A DNA stretch of 64,000 bases from NCBI GenBank assembly GCA_030390025.1, contig JASTWF010000035.1, forward strand, positions 1,364,001 through 1,428,000, in the 5' to 3' direction. Shown piece after piece: positions 12,238 through 23,110 of this stretch. How positions within the stretch are numbered: the stretch's first letter is position 1; each line of letters opens with the position of its first letter. The notes below the pieces were generated by a model. That model was given only the letters and a program-made list of their open reading frames with translations. It ran no database searches and was not told where the DNA came from. This DNA comes from Squalus acanthias. Lineage: Eukaryota. The translations under genes were made by a program, and so were the position numbers.

Positions 12238-13236
12238 AGAAGTCGCACAACACCAGGTTATAGTCCAACAGATTTATTTAATTTTACAAGCTTTCGGAGC
12301 TATCGCTCCTTCGTCAGGTAAGTTAGCAATGAGAGAATCTCCCAGAATTCACAATTTAAACCCAGACAAAATCTATTCACATTATTCGCTACAACAAAGA
12401 GCACAGCCAAGACAATGAGATGTGTCCCAGGGGGTCCAGCGTGTCAAACCACCTGCTGGCTGCATATCCTGTCAATTTGTGTTCTTGTGTTTTTAAAAAA
12501 AAAAAAAAAAAAAAACACCTGGGAAGACCGGCCATGATGTCAAGTCACGTTCTGTATCGTGACATGAACCCGATATCGCGATTGAGGCCATCCTCATGAG
12601 TGCGGAACTTGGCTATCAGTTTCTGCTCTATGATTTTGCGCTGTCGTGTATCTCGAAGGCCGCCTTGGAGAACGCTTACCCGCAGATCCGAGGCTGAATG
12701 CCCCTGGCTGCTGAAGTGTTCCCCGACTGGGAGGCAACCCTCCTGCCTGGCGATTGTTGCGCGGTGTCCGTTCATACGTTGTCTCAGTGTTTGCATGGTC
12801 TCGCCGATGTACCATGCTCTGGAGCATCCTTTACTGCAACGTATCAGGTAGACAACGTTGGCCGAGTCACATGAGTATGTACCGTGTACCTGGTGGGTAG
12901 TGTCCTCACGTGTAATGATGGTATCTGTGTCCATGATTTGGCATGTCTTGCAGAGGTTGCCGTGGCAGGGTTGTGTGGTGTCTTGGTTGCTGTTCTCCTG
13001 AAAGATGGGTAATCTGCTGCGAACGATGGTACTTTTGAGGTTAGGCGGCTGCTTGAAGGCGAGTAGTGGAGGCGTGGGGATGGCCTTAGCAAGGTGTTCG
13101 TCGTCATCGATGACATGTTGAAGGCTGCGAAGAACATGGCGTAGTTTTTCCGCTCCGGGGAAGTACTGGACGACGTAGGGTACTCTGTTGGTTGTGTCCC
13201 GTGTTCGTCTTCTGAGGAGGTCTATGCGGTTTTCGC
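12238..13236 (-). mobile_element. 5'-truncated Penelope-like element (GIY-YIG region plus 3' pLTR)
   Basis: NVVYLIRC...WYIGET...H...EQKLI...GLN; near-identical to 31100-32087; inserted in the CR1 endonuclease region. Confidence 0.93.
12286..12318 (-). ncRNA. Minimal hammerhead ribozyme motif (Penelope pLTR)
   Basis: - strand reads CUGACGA-A-GGAGC-gaua-GCUCC-GAAA-GCUUGUA. Confidence 0.7.
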
Positions 13237-14399
13237 CCCGACTATTACTGCCCTATTGTTTTTGTACTTCTCAGAAATGTGCCTACATATTTGCTTTTCT
13301 ATCTCCCTCTGACTATGTGCGGGTCTATAGTACTCTCCCAGCAGTGTGATTGCCCCTTTTTTGTTCTTCAGTTCAACCCATATGGCCTCATTTGATGATC
13401 CTTCTAACATATCATCCCTCCTCACAGCTGTAATTGTTTCTTTAAACAATATTGCGACCCCCTCCTTTTTTATCCCCCTCTCTATCTCGTCTGAAAACCC
13501 TGTAACCAGGAATCTTGAGCTGCCATTCCAGCCCTTCTTTCAGCCATGTTTCAGTAATAGCTATGATATATTTCCACATGTCTATCTGTGCCCTCAGCTC
13601 ATCTGCTTTATTCACTAGACTCCTTGCATTGAAGTACATACCATTAAGCACTGCCAAACTCCTTTGTTGTCTATTTTCTAGCCTTTGTTTCCTCTGCCTT
13701 CCAAACTCACTTACTAATTTACTGCCTTCCATTTCCAGCTTGCATTATCTCCTTTCTGAATCTACGCTCAGATTCCCATCCCCCTGCCAAGCTAGTTTAA
13801 ACCCTCCCCAACAGCACTAGCAAACCTCCCCATGAGGATATTGGTCCCGGTCCTGTTGAGGTGCAACCCGTCCAGCTTGTACAGGTCCCACCTTCCCCAG
13901 AACCAGTCCCAATGTCCCAGGAATCTAAAGCCCTGCCTCCTGCACCATCTCTCCAGCCACGCATTCATCTGCTCTATCCTCCTATTTCTGTACTCACTTG
14001 CGTGTGGTACCAGGAGTAATCCGGAGATTACTACCTTTGAGGTCCTATTTATTAATCTGTTTCCTAGCTCCCTATAGTCTGCCTGCAGGACCTCATCCCT
14101 CTTTCTACTTATGTCGTTGGTACCGATATGGACAACGACCTCTGGCTGTTCACCCTCCCCCCTCAGAGTGTCCTGCAGCCGCTCAGTGACACCTTGACCC
14201 TGGCACCAGGGAGGCAACATACCATCCTGGAGTCATGTCTCCAGACACAGAAACGCCTGTCTGTTCCCCTAACTATTGAATCCCCTATCACTATTGCTTT
14301 TCTGACCTTCCTCCTTCCCCCCTGTATAGCTGAGCCACCCATGATGCCGTGGACCTGGCTATGGCTGTACTTCCCAGAGGAATCATCGCCCTCTTTATC

Positions 14400-16220
14400 T
14401 TTGCATTACAAGATGATCTTTGAATAGTGAGCAGTTTTAGCAAAGGAGAGCAGGACCTGCTAGTGCTTTATGTGGTCCAACCAGATCTGGCGATGAATAG
14501 CTAAGCCAGTTGTCCACCATAGACATTCAAAACTGCATCTTGGACTTAAGGGAGCGGAGCTGAGAGCCATACCAGGGGCAACGTCTATGATGAGTGAGAG
14601 TAATGGTTTTAATGGGGACTAGGGCATCAAAGGTGGAGAAAAGGGTGTGATTTAGCAGATTAGTAGCTGCAGAAATATCATGATGAATGGATGGCCAAAG
14701 GCTAGACAGTTGGGAATTTGAAAGTGCAGTGGTAGTGACTTGAGGGAGAGTTTTTTTCAGGGGTGGACACAGAAGGAAGTGAGGTTGGGAGGGGGAAGGT
14801 GGATGTGGGTGGAGAGTGATACAAGAAAGTGATCAGAGATTGCCTTATCCGTGATAGTCACAATGGGAGTAGCGAGGTCATGAGAGCCGGCGAGTTCGAG
14901 GGGGTGGGCATGAATATGGGTAGGAGTGTTTATGTGGAGGGAGAGATTTAGGGAGGAAAGGAGGGTATAAGAGAAGAGATGAGCTGGAGGTTGAATCAAA
15001 TCTTGTTTTCAAATTCCTCCATGGCCTCGTCCCCTCCCTATCTCTGTAATCTCCTCCAGCCCCACAACCCCACTAGATATCTGCGCTCCTCTAATTCTGC
15101 CCTCTTGAGCATCCCTGATTATAATCACTCAACCTTTGGTGGTTGTGCCTTCAGCTGTCTCGACCCTACCCTTTGGAACTCCCTCCCTAAACCTCTCGAC
15201 CTCTCTTTTCTCCTTTAAGACGCTCCATAAAACCTACCTCTTTGACCAAGCTTTTGGTCATCTGCCCTAATTTCTCCTTCTGTGGCTCGGTGTCAAATTT
15301 TTGTCTTATAAAACTCCTGTGAAGTGCCTTGGGACATTTTATTACGTTAAAGGAGCTATATAAATACAAGTTGTCGTTGTTGTTGAAATCACCGAGGATG
15401 AGAAGTTGCTTGGTGCAGAGGATGAGGAGGAAATTAGAGAAGATATCTCACTGAGAAACTTGGCATGAAAGTTGGGTGGGCGGTACAGAACAATGATTTT
15501 AAATGAGAGGCGTGAGGGGTAGAACAAGGTGAGATGCTCAAAGGAGGATAAGTTACCAGAGGAATAGAGAGACAGATCAAGGTGTGATTTGGAGATAAGG
15601 ACTACACCACCACCGCAGCGGTTTGAGCGGGACAAGTGGTGAAAGGTATAGCCAGGTGGGGAAGCTTCATTAAAGGAAGGTGTCACCAACCCTCAGCCAT
15701 GTCTCCATCAAGGCCATGATATCGATGTGATCATCCACAATAAGCTCATGAATGGCAAGGGCCTTGTTCACAAGTGAACGTATATTCTGGAGGGAGATGC
15801 GGAGAGTGACGGTGATAGCCGACCCACTGGCAGAGTCCAATAAGTCAGGGCAGGGAGCAGTGAATGGGACAAGATTAGCCCCCGGCGAACGTGCTAGGTG
15901 GAAGGTCAAGGAGAAAGTAGTGCAGGACAATTTTGGAGTTGCTGCTTGTTAGGAGGCAGCAATGATTGCCTCGGTGGGCCTTTCGGAGGATGCCAAGAGA
16001 GGCACAGAGGGAAGCTGTAGGATTATTGAAGACGGAGTCAAGCCTGGGACGGCTGCAGGAGAGCAGGAATGACGACGAGTGCTGAAGGATTGGGGTTAGT
16101 GAGGGTAGAGTACCCGAGGACGGAGAAATGAAAGGAAGCATAATGGTGGGAGGGGTAAAGAGAAAAGAGGAAAAAGGGAGAGAGAAGGGGAAATAGAAGT
16201 GATGTGTTCGGGTCCGGAGA
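14400..16220 (-). mobile_element. L2 LINE 5' part (APE endonuclease)
   Basis: ISLQNIRSLVNK, MALMETWL, GGGVVLI, IVLYRPP, PTH..HPLEL and ISDHFLV motifs. Confidence 0.85.
14996..15381 (+). mobile_element. L2 3' fragment inserted into L2
   Basis: PPYLCNLL..AFS..PTLWNSLP; (GTT)n tail; GTTGAA duplicated at 14990-14995 and 15382-15387. Confidence 0.82.
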
Positions 16221-16223
16221 GGC

Positions 16224-16673
16224 AGCCAAAACGCGCATGCGAGTGGACACGGGGAAACTGAGCCAAAACGCGCATGCGAGTGGACACGGGGAAACTGAGC
16301 CAAAACGCGCATGTGAGTGGACACGGGGAAACTGAGCCAAACAGGCATGTGAGTGGACACGGGGAAACTGAGCCAAACAGGCATGCGAGTGGACACGGGG
16401 AAACTGAGCCAAACAGGCATGCGAGTGGACACGGGGAAACTGAGCCAAACAGGCATGCGAGTGGACACGGGGAAACTGAGCCAAACAGACATGTGAGTGG
16501 ACACGGGGAAACTGAGCCAAACAGACATGTGAGTGGACACGGGGAAACTGAGCCAAACAGACATGTGAGTGGACACGGGGAAACTGAGCCAAACAGACAT
16601 GTGAGTGGACACGGGGAAACTGAGCCAAACAGACATGCGAGTGGACACGGGGAAACTGAGCCAAACAGACATG
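16224..16673. repeat. 36-bp tandem repeat, about 12.5 copies, at the 5' end of the L2
   Basis: Unit GAGTGGACACGGGGAAACTGAGCCAAACAG(G/A)CATG(T/C); no spacers. Confidence 0.95.
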
Positions 16674-16997
16674 CTTACAGGCAAGATCAAGATAGCTATA
16701 TTCTGAAATACATGGGGAGTAGAGAGGAGACAACATGCGGGAAAACTAGAGTTAAAGTCAGAGGTCCGATAAAGTTGATGTAGGTTGGGTGGAATCTGCA
16801 ACAAACTGATGTCCAGGCGCCGGGACAGGTGCTATTCGAAGGACAGAGCATTGTATGTATGTATTTACATGAGTTTAAATATTTCCTGTGGCCATATTGA
16901 AACAGCTTAGACTTCCACATGAAGAAGTGATTGGAACACACCAGACAACCACTGGTGCCTGTGGAGGGATCCCCGGGAATCACTGCTGATAAATCTG

Positions 16998-17920
16998 TCA
17001 AAGAAGCCTTGGCGAGTCGCTGCAGTGCATCTTGTAGATGGTACACACTGCAGCCACAGTGCGCCAGTGGTGGAGGGAGTGAATGTTTATGGTGGTGGAT
17101 GGGGTGCCGATCAAGCGGGCTGCTTTGTCCTGGATGGTATCGAGCTTCTTGAGTGTTGTTGGAGCTGCACTCATCCTGACTTGTGCCTTGTAGGTGGTGA
17201 AAAGGCTTCGAGGTGTCAGGAGGTGAGTCACTCGCTGCAGAATACCCAGCCTCTGACCTGCTCTTGTAGCCACTGTATTTATGTGGCTGGTCCAGTTAAG
17301 TTTCTGGTCAATGGTGACCCCCAGGATGTTGATGGTGGGAGATTCGGCAATGGTAATGCTGTTGAATGTCAAGGGGAGATGGTTAGACTCTCTTTTGTTG
17401 GAGATGGTCATTGCCTCGCACTTGTGTGGCGCGAATGTTACCTAACACTTATCAGCCCAAGCCTGAATGTCGGCCAGGTCTTGCTGCATGTGGGCATAGA
17501 CTGCTTCATTATCTGAGGATTTGCGAATGGAACTGAACACTGCAGTCATCAGCAAACATCCCCAGTTCAGACCTTATGATGGAGGGAAGGTCATTGATGA
17601 AGCAGCTGAAGATGGTTGGGCCTCGGACACTGCCCTGAGGAACTCCTGCAGTGATGTCCTGGGGCTGTGATGATTGACCTCCAACAACCACAACCATCTT
17701 CCTTTGTGCTAGATATGACTCCAGCCAGTGCAGAGTTTTCCCCTGATCCCCACTAACTTCAACTTTACTAGGGCTCCTTGATAGCACATTTGGTCAAATG
17801 CTGCCTTGATGTCAAGGGCAGTCACTCTCACCTCACCTCTGCAATTCAGCTCTTTTGTCCATGTTTGGAACAAGGCTGTAATGAGGTCTGGAGCTGAGTG
17901 GTCCTGGCGGAACCCAAATT
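16998..17920 (-). mobile_element. RT fragment of the same LINE family as 39155-40661
   Basis: GVPQGSV.GP.IFSCFINDL, MFADD, ILGVTIDQKLNW. Confidence 0.88.
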
Positions 17921-17974
17921 AAGCACTCTTTACAGCGCCGCTGCTCCTGCTCCACTTGCCGCTGCTTCCGCTCC

Positions 17975-18563
17975 TCTGAGGAGAGGTTGAAAAAGTTAGG
18001 ACTGTTCTCCTTGGAACAGAGAAGGTTAAGAAGTGACCTGATAGAGGTTTTCAAGATGATGAGAGGTTTTGATAGACCACACCTTGAGTATAGTGTGCAG
18101 TTTTGGTCGCCTTATCTGAGGAAGGATGTTCTTGCCATGGAGGGTGTGCAGCGAAGATTCACCAGACTGATACCTGGGATGGCAGGAATGACGTACGAGG
18201 AGAGATTGGGTCGATTGGGCTTATACTCGCTGGAGTTGAGAAGAATGAGAGGAGATCTCATTGAAACTTATAAAATTCTAACAGGGCTAGACAGACTGGA
18301 TGCAGGAAGGATGTTCCCGATGGCGGGGGAGTCCAGAACCAGGGGTCACAGTCTAAGGATAAGGGGTAAGCCATTTAGGACAGAGATGAGGAGGAATTTC
18401 TTCACCCAGAGAGTGGTGAACCTGTGGAATTCTCTACCACAGAAAGCAGTTGAGGCCAAGTCAGTAAATATATTCAAGAAGGAGTTAGATATATTTCTTA
18501 AGGCTAAAGGTATCAAGGGATATGGGGAGAAAGCAGGGACAGGGTACTGAATTTGGATGATCA
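17975..18563 (+). mobile_element. Chimeric CR1 3' fragments
   Basis: ORF 17987..18550 joins two CR1 C-terminal pieces; the 3' UTR is cut where the LTR remnant begins. Confidence 0.88.
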
Positions 18564-18677
18564 GCCTTGCAGTCTACAAATGTGCTTTAGTTAGCTAAAC
18601 CTACTCTATGGGTAAAATAGAGGGTTAATGTAGTCAAGTATCCCAGAATTCTTTGGGAACAAGCTGGACCCTTCAGT

Positions 18678-18694
18678 CCCCCCTTCCAACCCCC
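18678..18694 (-). promoter_or_regulatory. Polypurine tract before the 3' LTR
   Basis: - strand GGGGGTTGGAAGGGGGG-AC-TGAAGG (LTR start at 18675). Confidence 0.8.
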
Positions 18695-19028
18695 GGAAAG
18701 GACCCTTAAAGCGGGGTTGGAGAGTGTGCTCTCTACGCTACGATAGTGTGATAAGCTGGTGGGTTTATAGTATGTCAGAAACTCATATAGGTTTTCCCAG
18801 ATCAAATAGCACGAATGATGAAGGTTTTCCTGTAACCCCGCCCCCCCAATTTGTTCTTTACTTCCCCCCCTAGGCCTTTGGCTATTCCAGGTAGGCCGCA
18901 CATTTGTTGCATATGGTCTGGTGTGAATCCTGTCGGGGTGGCCACCCGTCGAGGCATCAGGTATGCATCAGATGAGTAAAGTTAATATTTAGGCCTTCCC
19001 CCGATTCATTATACGATTGCTTCATTAT

Positions 19029-19952
19029 TCATACACTTGATTTTTCCAACAAGTTGTTAAAGTCATCATCTGAAACGCTTGGAGTAGGAGCAGTACAAGC
19101 ATTAGCAGTTTTAACCACTTGTTTTGCAATTTGTTTCGCCCGAGTCCGTTTACATTTCCTGCATGTCATACATAACAAGGTCAGGACAATTACTAACTGC
19201 ACCACGACTAATACATGTGAAATCAGTCGGATCCATGGATGGATCTGTATATTTAGACCCCTGTCCCAAATGTCATCCACCCATGTGGTCACCTTGATCG
19301 CGTCGATGTCTTTCTCCAAATCCGTGCTCCGTTGCAGAGTATAGTACACCTTCTGGGAGAGCCGTATCTCCTTCCGCAACTGCCTCAGGTGTTCGGGCAG
19401 TGGGGGTATAGGATACCCAAAGGTGTTGATATAGTCCCATAATCCATACTTGATGTCTTCAGACACTTGAAGAGAGGTAATATTAAACTGATGTATGTCC
19501 ACCAACTCCTCGTGTCCAATCCGTACCGGAACTGCTGGGGTGAAGCAGAACTCTGGACTGGGGATGTCGCAAGTTAGATTGGCATACTCAAATGTTTCCA
19601 GGTTGGTCGTTACACAGTATTGGCCTTTGCCGGCGTATGCCACCTGGGTGGGCTTTGAGGCTGTGCCCAATGCCTCCATGGTGCAGTTAATTTCCATGCC
19701 TGTGTTATTGAAACCACATTGGGCTTGCGGGCTTTGGCTGATTGCATGCGGGCACATGATGATGGCATGTCTGGTGACACATCCTTCCAGCTTGGTACCC
19801 ATCCAGTTTCCTTTCACCATCACTGCGTAAGGTAACATATTGTGGTAAGATATATGCATGCCATCTCTTAGTATACCAATATTTTGTACCTAATATACCT
19901 CCCGCCCTTGTGTCTCCGGTGTCATCACCGGGACGACCAAAACTAAACCCAG
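19029..19952 (-). pseudogene. env: env-like glycoprotein, C-terminal half; resembles class I F fusion proteins
   Basis: Frame extends upstream of the 276-aa ORF through one TAG (19890-19892): LGLVLVVPVMTPETQGREVY*VQNIGILRDGMHISY. Cys-rich ectodomain with N-glycosylation sequons (NNT, NCT, NLT, NIT), heptad region, TM LISHVLVVVQLVIVLTLL, and Cys/basic tail. Confidence 0.75.
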
Positions 19953-20120
19953 GAACCCCCAGGAGGGCTAAAGCCTGTTTCATGGCCTTGCCGGTGAAGT
20001 GGGTTCCCTGGTCGGAATCTATCTGGTAAGGCACCCCCCCATCGGAGAATGACTTCCATCGCTAGGTTTTTCGCAGCTGCTTCGGCTGTATTCCTCCTAG
20101 TGGGGAAGGCCTCGACTCGT
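19953..20120 (-). pseudogene. Retroviral-type integrase core fragment (frameshifted)
   Basis: RVEAFPTRRNTAEAAAKNLAMEVILRWG / PYQIDSDQGTHFTGKAM, which includes the second catalytic Asp region. Confidence 0.85.
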
Positions 20121-20583
20121 TGAACCTCTACGGTCCCCGATGGGGGCCCGGGATATAAGGTTGACGTGTCTCGAGTCTCTTTTTGTAGAGCCTCGACAAT
20201 GTCACCCCAGTTTTTTAAGTCGTCTAGATTCTCAGTCCCTGGTGACTTGAGGTGCAGGAGACTACTGACTTGGACTTTAGCCTCCTGCACAGGTCTCAAG
20301 AATTCTTGTAACGGAGCCAGTCTCTCCCCCTTGTCCACGATTATAGGTCCCAGCTGATCCATCCAACTAGCACACAAAACCACCCCGTACTTGGCTTATT
20401 TGGCGTCCTTTTGTTCCGCCCACCACACTTTATTTGGTCAACTACGGGGCTTGTTTCTTTCCACCCCCTTTTAATCATCTCACTTTGAAGGTTCAAATTA
20501 GCCTCTTGGACCCGTTGAACGACAGTGACACTGGTGGCCATAGCCAGAACGTCCGGTGAAAGAGGTCTCCCCTCGTCACCCAT
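20121..20583 (-). pseudogene. Probable gag N-terminal fragment (frameshifted)
   Basis: First ATG ORF (MGDEGRP...) downstream of the PBS and leader; assignment is by position only. Confidence 0.45.
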
Positions 20584-20911
20584 GTGACCCGTATTAATTG
20601 TTACGTATATTCTTATACTCTATCTTATACTTTATCGGCACAAACGTATCACCTTATACTCTAAATCAGAAATATACACTTATGTCTAATCAATTCCGTC
20701 AGTCCGCGGTCTCCATGAGGAATAATTTACTTTGTGGGTACTTTTATACTGACTGAACCATACACGGTTTTAGCCCCACTGGTGAACGAGCGAGTCCTTG
20801 TTCCTCCTAGAAGCCTTACTCTGACTTCTTCCCTTAGGACACGATACGGTTCTCGCCTCAGCCGTCAATTCCAGTGTCTTTTAACTCCTATGGTCCTTAC
20901 CTGCAGTATTT

Positions 20912-20925
20912 CACTTCTGACACCA
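20912..20925 (-). promoter_or_regulatory. Primer binding site, tRNA-Leu type
   Basis: TGGTGTCAGAAGTG lies 2 nt (GT) after the LTR terminal CA and is complementary to the 3' end ...CACUUCUGACACCA of vertebrate tRNA-Leu. Confidence 0.85.
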
Positions 20926-20927
20926 AC

Positions 20928-21619
20928 TGTTAGATTCGAATTTGGAGAAACCTCAGACGGAGACGGAATTGAGGACAAGTTCAGAATTTATTAAAACAAA
21001 CAAAAGACTTGTGCACAAGGGAGAGCCACTCAGCTTCCTCAGGCTAGGGATGCACTCTCTGAGGGACAAGTTCATTTAAGTTATACAATTCTATAAGCAC
21101 CGCCCACTTACTACAGAATGGGGGTGTACACGTACAAACAGTGTCACTACAGTTACTCTTTATTGGTTATGTGGTTAGTCACTCAACTGTCGGGCCCTCC
21201 CCTTGAACTCGGATACCCCCTGACCATGCCAGTCACAGATGTTGGTTGTCTCATCCTACTCCCCACATTCCTGCTGTTATCTCTTCCCCTTTGTAGGCAT
21301 AGTTTATAGTTTGAGAAAACATATTTTATCCTTAACTGTCGAACAAGCAGGATGGCTATAAGGCCATAATGGCTTATGTGCCCAGTGACTGGAACAGTGT
21401 TGGTTGTTAATTGCACCCTTATCTCTTGGGAGGCCAGGCTGTGTTTTGACAATGGCTCTACTGAGGCTGTGAATACACACATTCCAAAGTTTGATAAGGG
21501 AAGGGGCGCCTTGCAGTCTACAAATGTGCTTTAGTTAGCTAAACCTACTCTATGGGTAAAATAGAGGGTTAATGTAGTCAAGTATCCCAGAATTCTTTGG
21601 GAACAAGCTGGACCTTTCA
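20928..21619 (-). repeat. 5' LTR (692 bp), followed by a 46-bp duplicate of its end at 21623-21668
   Basis: TGAA...AACA ends on - strand; AATAAA at about 20987-20992 on - strand. Confidence 0.85.
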
Positions 21620-21677
21620 GTAGTAGTCAAGTATCCCAGAATTCTTTGGGAACAAGCTGGACCCTTCAATAGCAATG

Positions 21678-22638
21678 TCAATGATTTGGAGGAGGGGACC
21701 AAATGTAATATATCCAAGTTTGCTGATATACAAAGCTGGGTGGGAATGTAAGTTGTGAGGAGGCTTCAAGGAGATATAGACAGACTAAGTGAGTGGGCAA
21801 GAACATGGCAAATGGAATTTGTGGAGCAATGTGAAGTTATCCACTTTGGTAGGAAAAATAGAAAAGCAGAGTATTTTTTAAATGGTGAGAGATTGGGAAA
21901 TGTTGGTGTTCAGAGGGACCTGGGTGTCCTTGTACACAAATCACTGAAAGTTAACTTGCAGGTACAGCAATCAATTAGGAAAGCAAATGGTATGTTGGCC
22001 TTTATTACAAGAGGATTTGAGTATAAGACTAAAGATGTCTTACTGCAATTATATGGGGCCTTGGTGAGACCACACCTGGAGTATTGTGTACAGTTTTGGT
22101 CTCCTTACCTAAGGAGACCAAAAATAGGATATACTTGCCATAGAGGGAGTGCAACGAAGGTTCACCAGACTGGTTCCTGTGATGGGGGGATTGTCCTATG
22201 AGGAGAGATTGAATAGGCTAGGCCTATATTCTCTGGAGTTTAGAAGAATGAGAGGTGATTTCATTGAAACATACAAAATTCTTACAGGGCTTGACAGGGT
22301 AGATGCAGGGAGGATGTTTCCCCTGGCTGGGAAGTCTAGAACCAGGGGTCATAGTCTCAGAATAAGGGGTCGGCCATTTAGGACTGAGATGAGGAGAAAT
22401 TTCTTCACTCAGAGGGTGGTGAATCTTTGGAATTCTCGACCCTAGAGGGCTGTGGAGGCTCAGTCGTTGAGTATATTCAAGACAGAGATCGATAGATTTT
22501 TGGATATTAAGGGAATCAAGGGATATGGGGATAGTGCAGGAAAGTGGAGTTGAGGTAGAAGATCAGCCATGATCTTATTAAATGGCAGAGCAGGCTCAAG
22601 GGGCCAAATGACCTACTACTGCTCCTATTCCTTATGTT
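21678..22638 (+). mobile_element. CR1 LINE 3' fragment
   Basis: ORFs 21755..22201 and 22149..22445; CR1 3' UTR. Confidence 0.92.
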
Positions 22639-22870
22639 CATAGGGCAATCTCCTCATCCCAGGAACCAGTCGAGTGAACCTTCGCTGCACTTCCTCTAAG
22701 GCAAATGTGTCTTTCCTTAGGTAAGGAGACCAGAACTGGGGAGTTGAGGAGAACTTTTTTCACCCAGAGGGTGGTGGGGGTCTGGAACTCACTGCCTGAA
22801 AGGGTGGTAGAGGCAGAAACGCTCATCACTTTTAAAAAGTACTTGGATATTCACTTGAAGTGCACTTGAA

Positions 22871-22950
22871 TGGTAACATAGTGGTAATGTCACTGGGCTG
22901 GTAATCCAGAGACCTGGACTAATGATCCAGAGACGTGAGTTCAAATCCTG
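22871..22950 (+). mobile_element. Isolated tRNA-like head fragment
   Basis: TAACATAGTGG A-box-like and GAGTTCAAATCC B-box; matches 23125-23195. Confidence 0.7.
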
Positions 22951-23110
22951 GCTCTGGTGGATCAAATTTCAGTAGGTGAACATTTAGGGAACAGTGATCA
23001 TAGTATCATAAGGTTTAGGTTAGCTGTGGAAAAGGACAAAGAGCAATCTTGAATCAAAATACTTAACTGAAGGAGGGCCAATTTCAGTGGGTTGAGAATG
23101 GAGCTGGCCC

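Larger units (their letters stand above)
9619..14392 (-). mobile_element. Long degraded CR1 LINE (ORF1 SGNH esterase, then ORF2 APE-RT) with nested solo LTR and Penelope
   Basis: VVVHIGTND...DGLHLN (13792-14220); YFNARSL, IAITETWL, YYRP, LDLVL, GGSDHN; RT C-terminal fragments at 9731-10492. Confidence 0.92.
18564..21668 (-). mobile_element. Internally deleted retrovirus-like LTR element (gag-like fragment, integrase fragment, F-like env)
   Basis: 112-bp direct repeat at 18564-18675 and 21508-21619 with 1 mismatch. 5' LTR 20928-21619 (TG...CA), PBS, PPT, integrase motifs and a TM glycoprotein ORF. Confidence 0.88.

Noticed and set aside
16224..16673. 36-bp repeat as a CRISPR array
   Set aside because: Units are head-to-tail with no unique spacers, there are no cas genes, and the context is eukaryotic.
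16904..16953. Possible extra host exon after ...attgaaacAG
   Set aside because: The phase-1 frame needed to fit the flanking exons has immediate stops (TAG, TGA), and the donor (GTGCCT) is weak.
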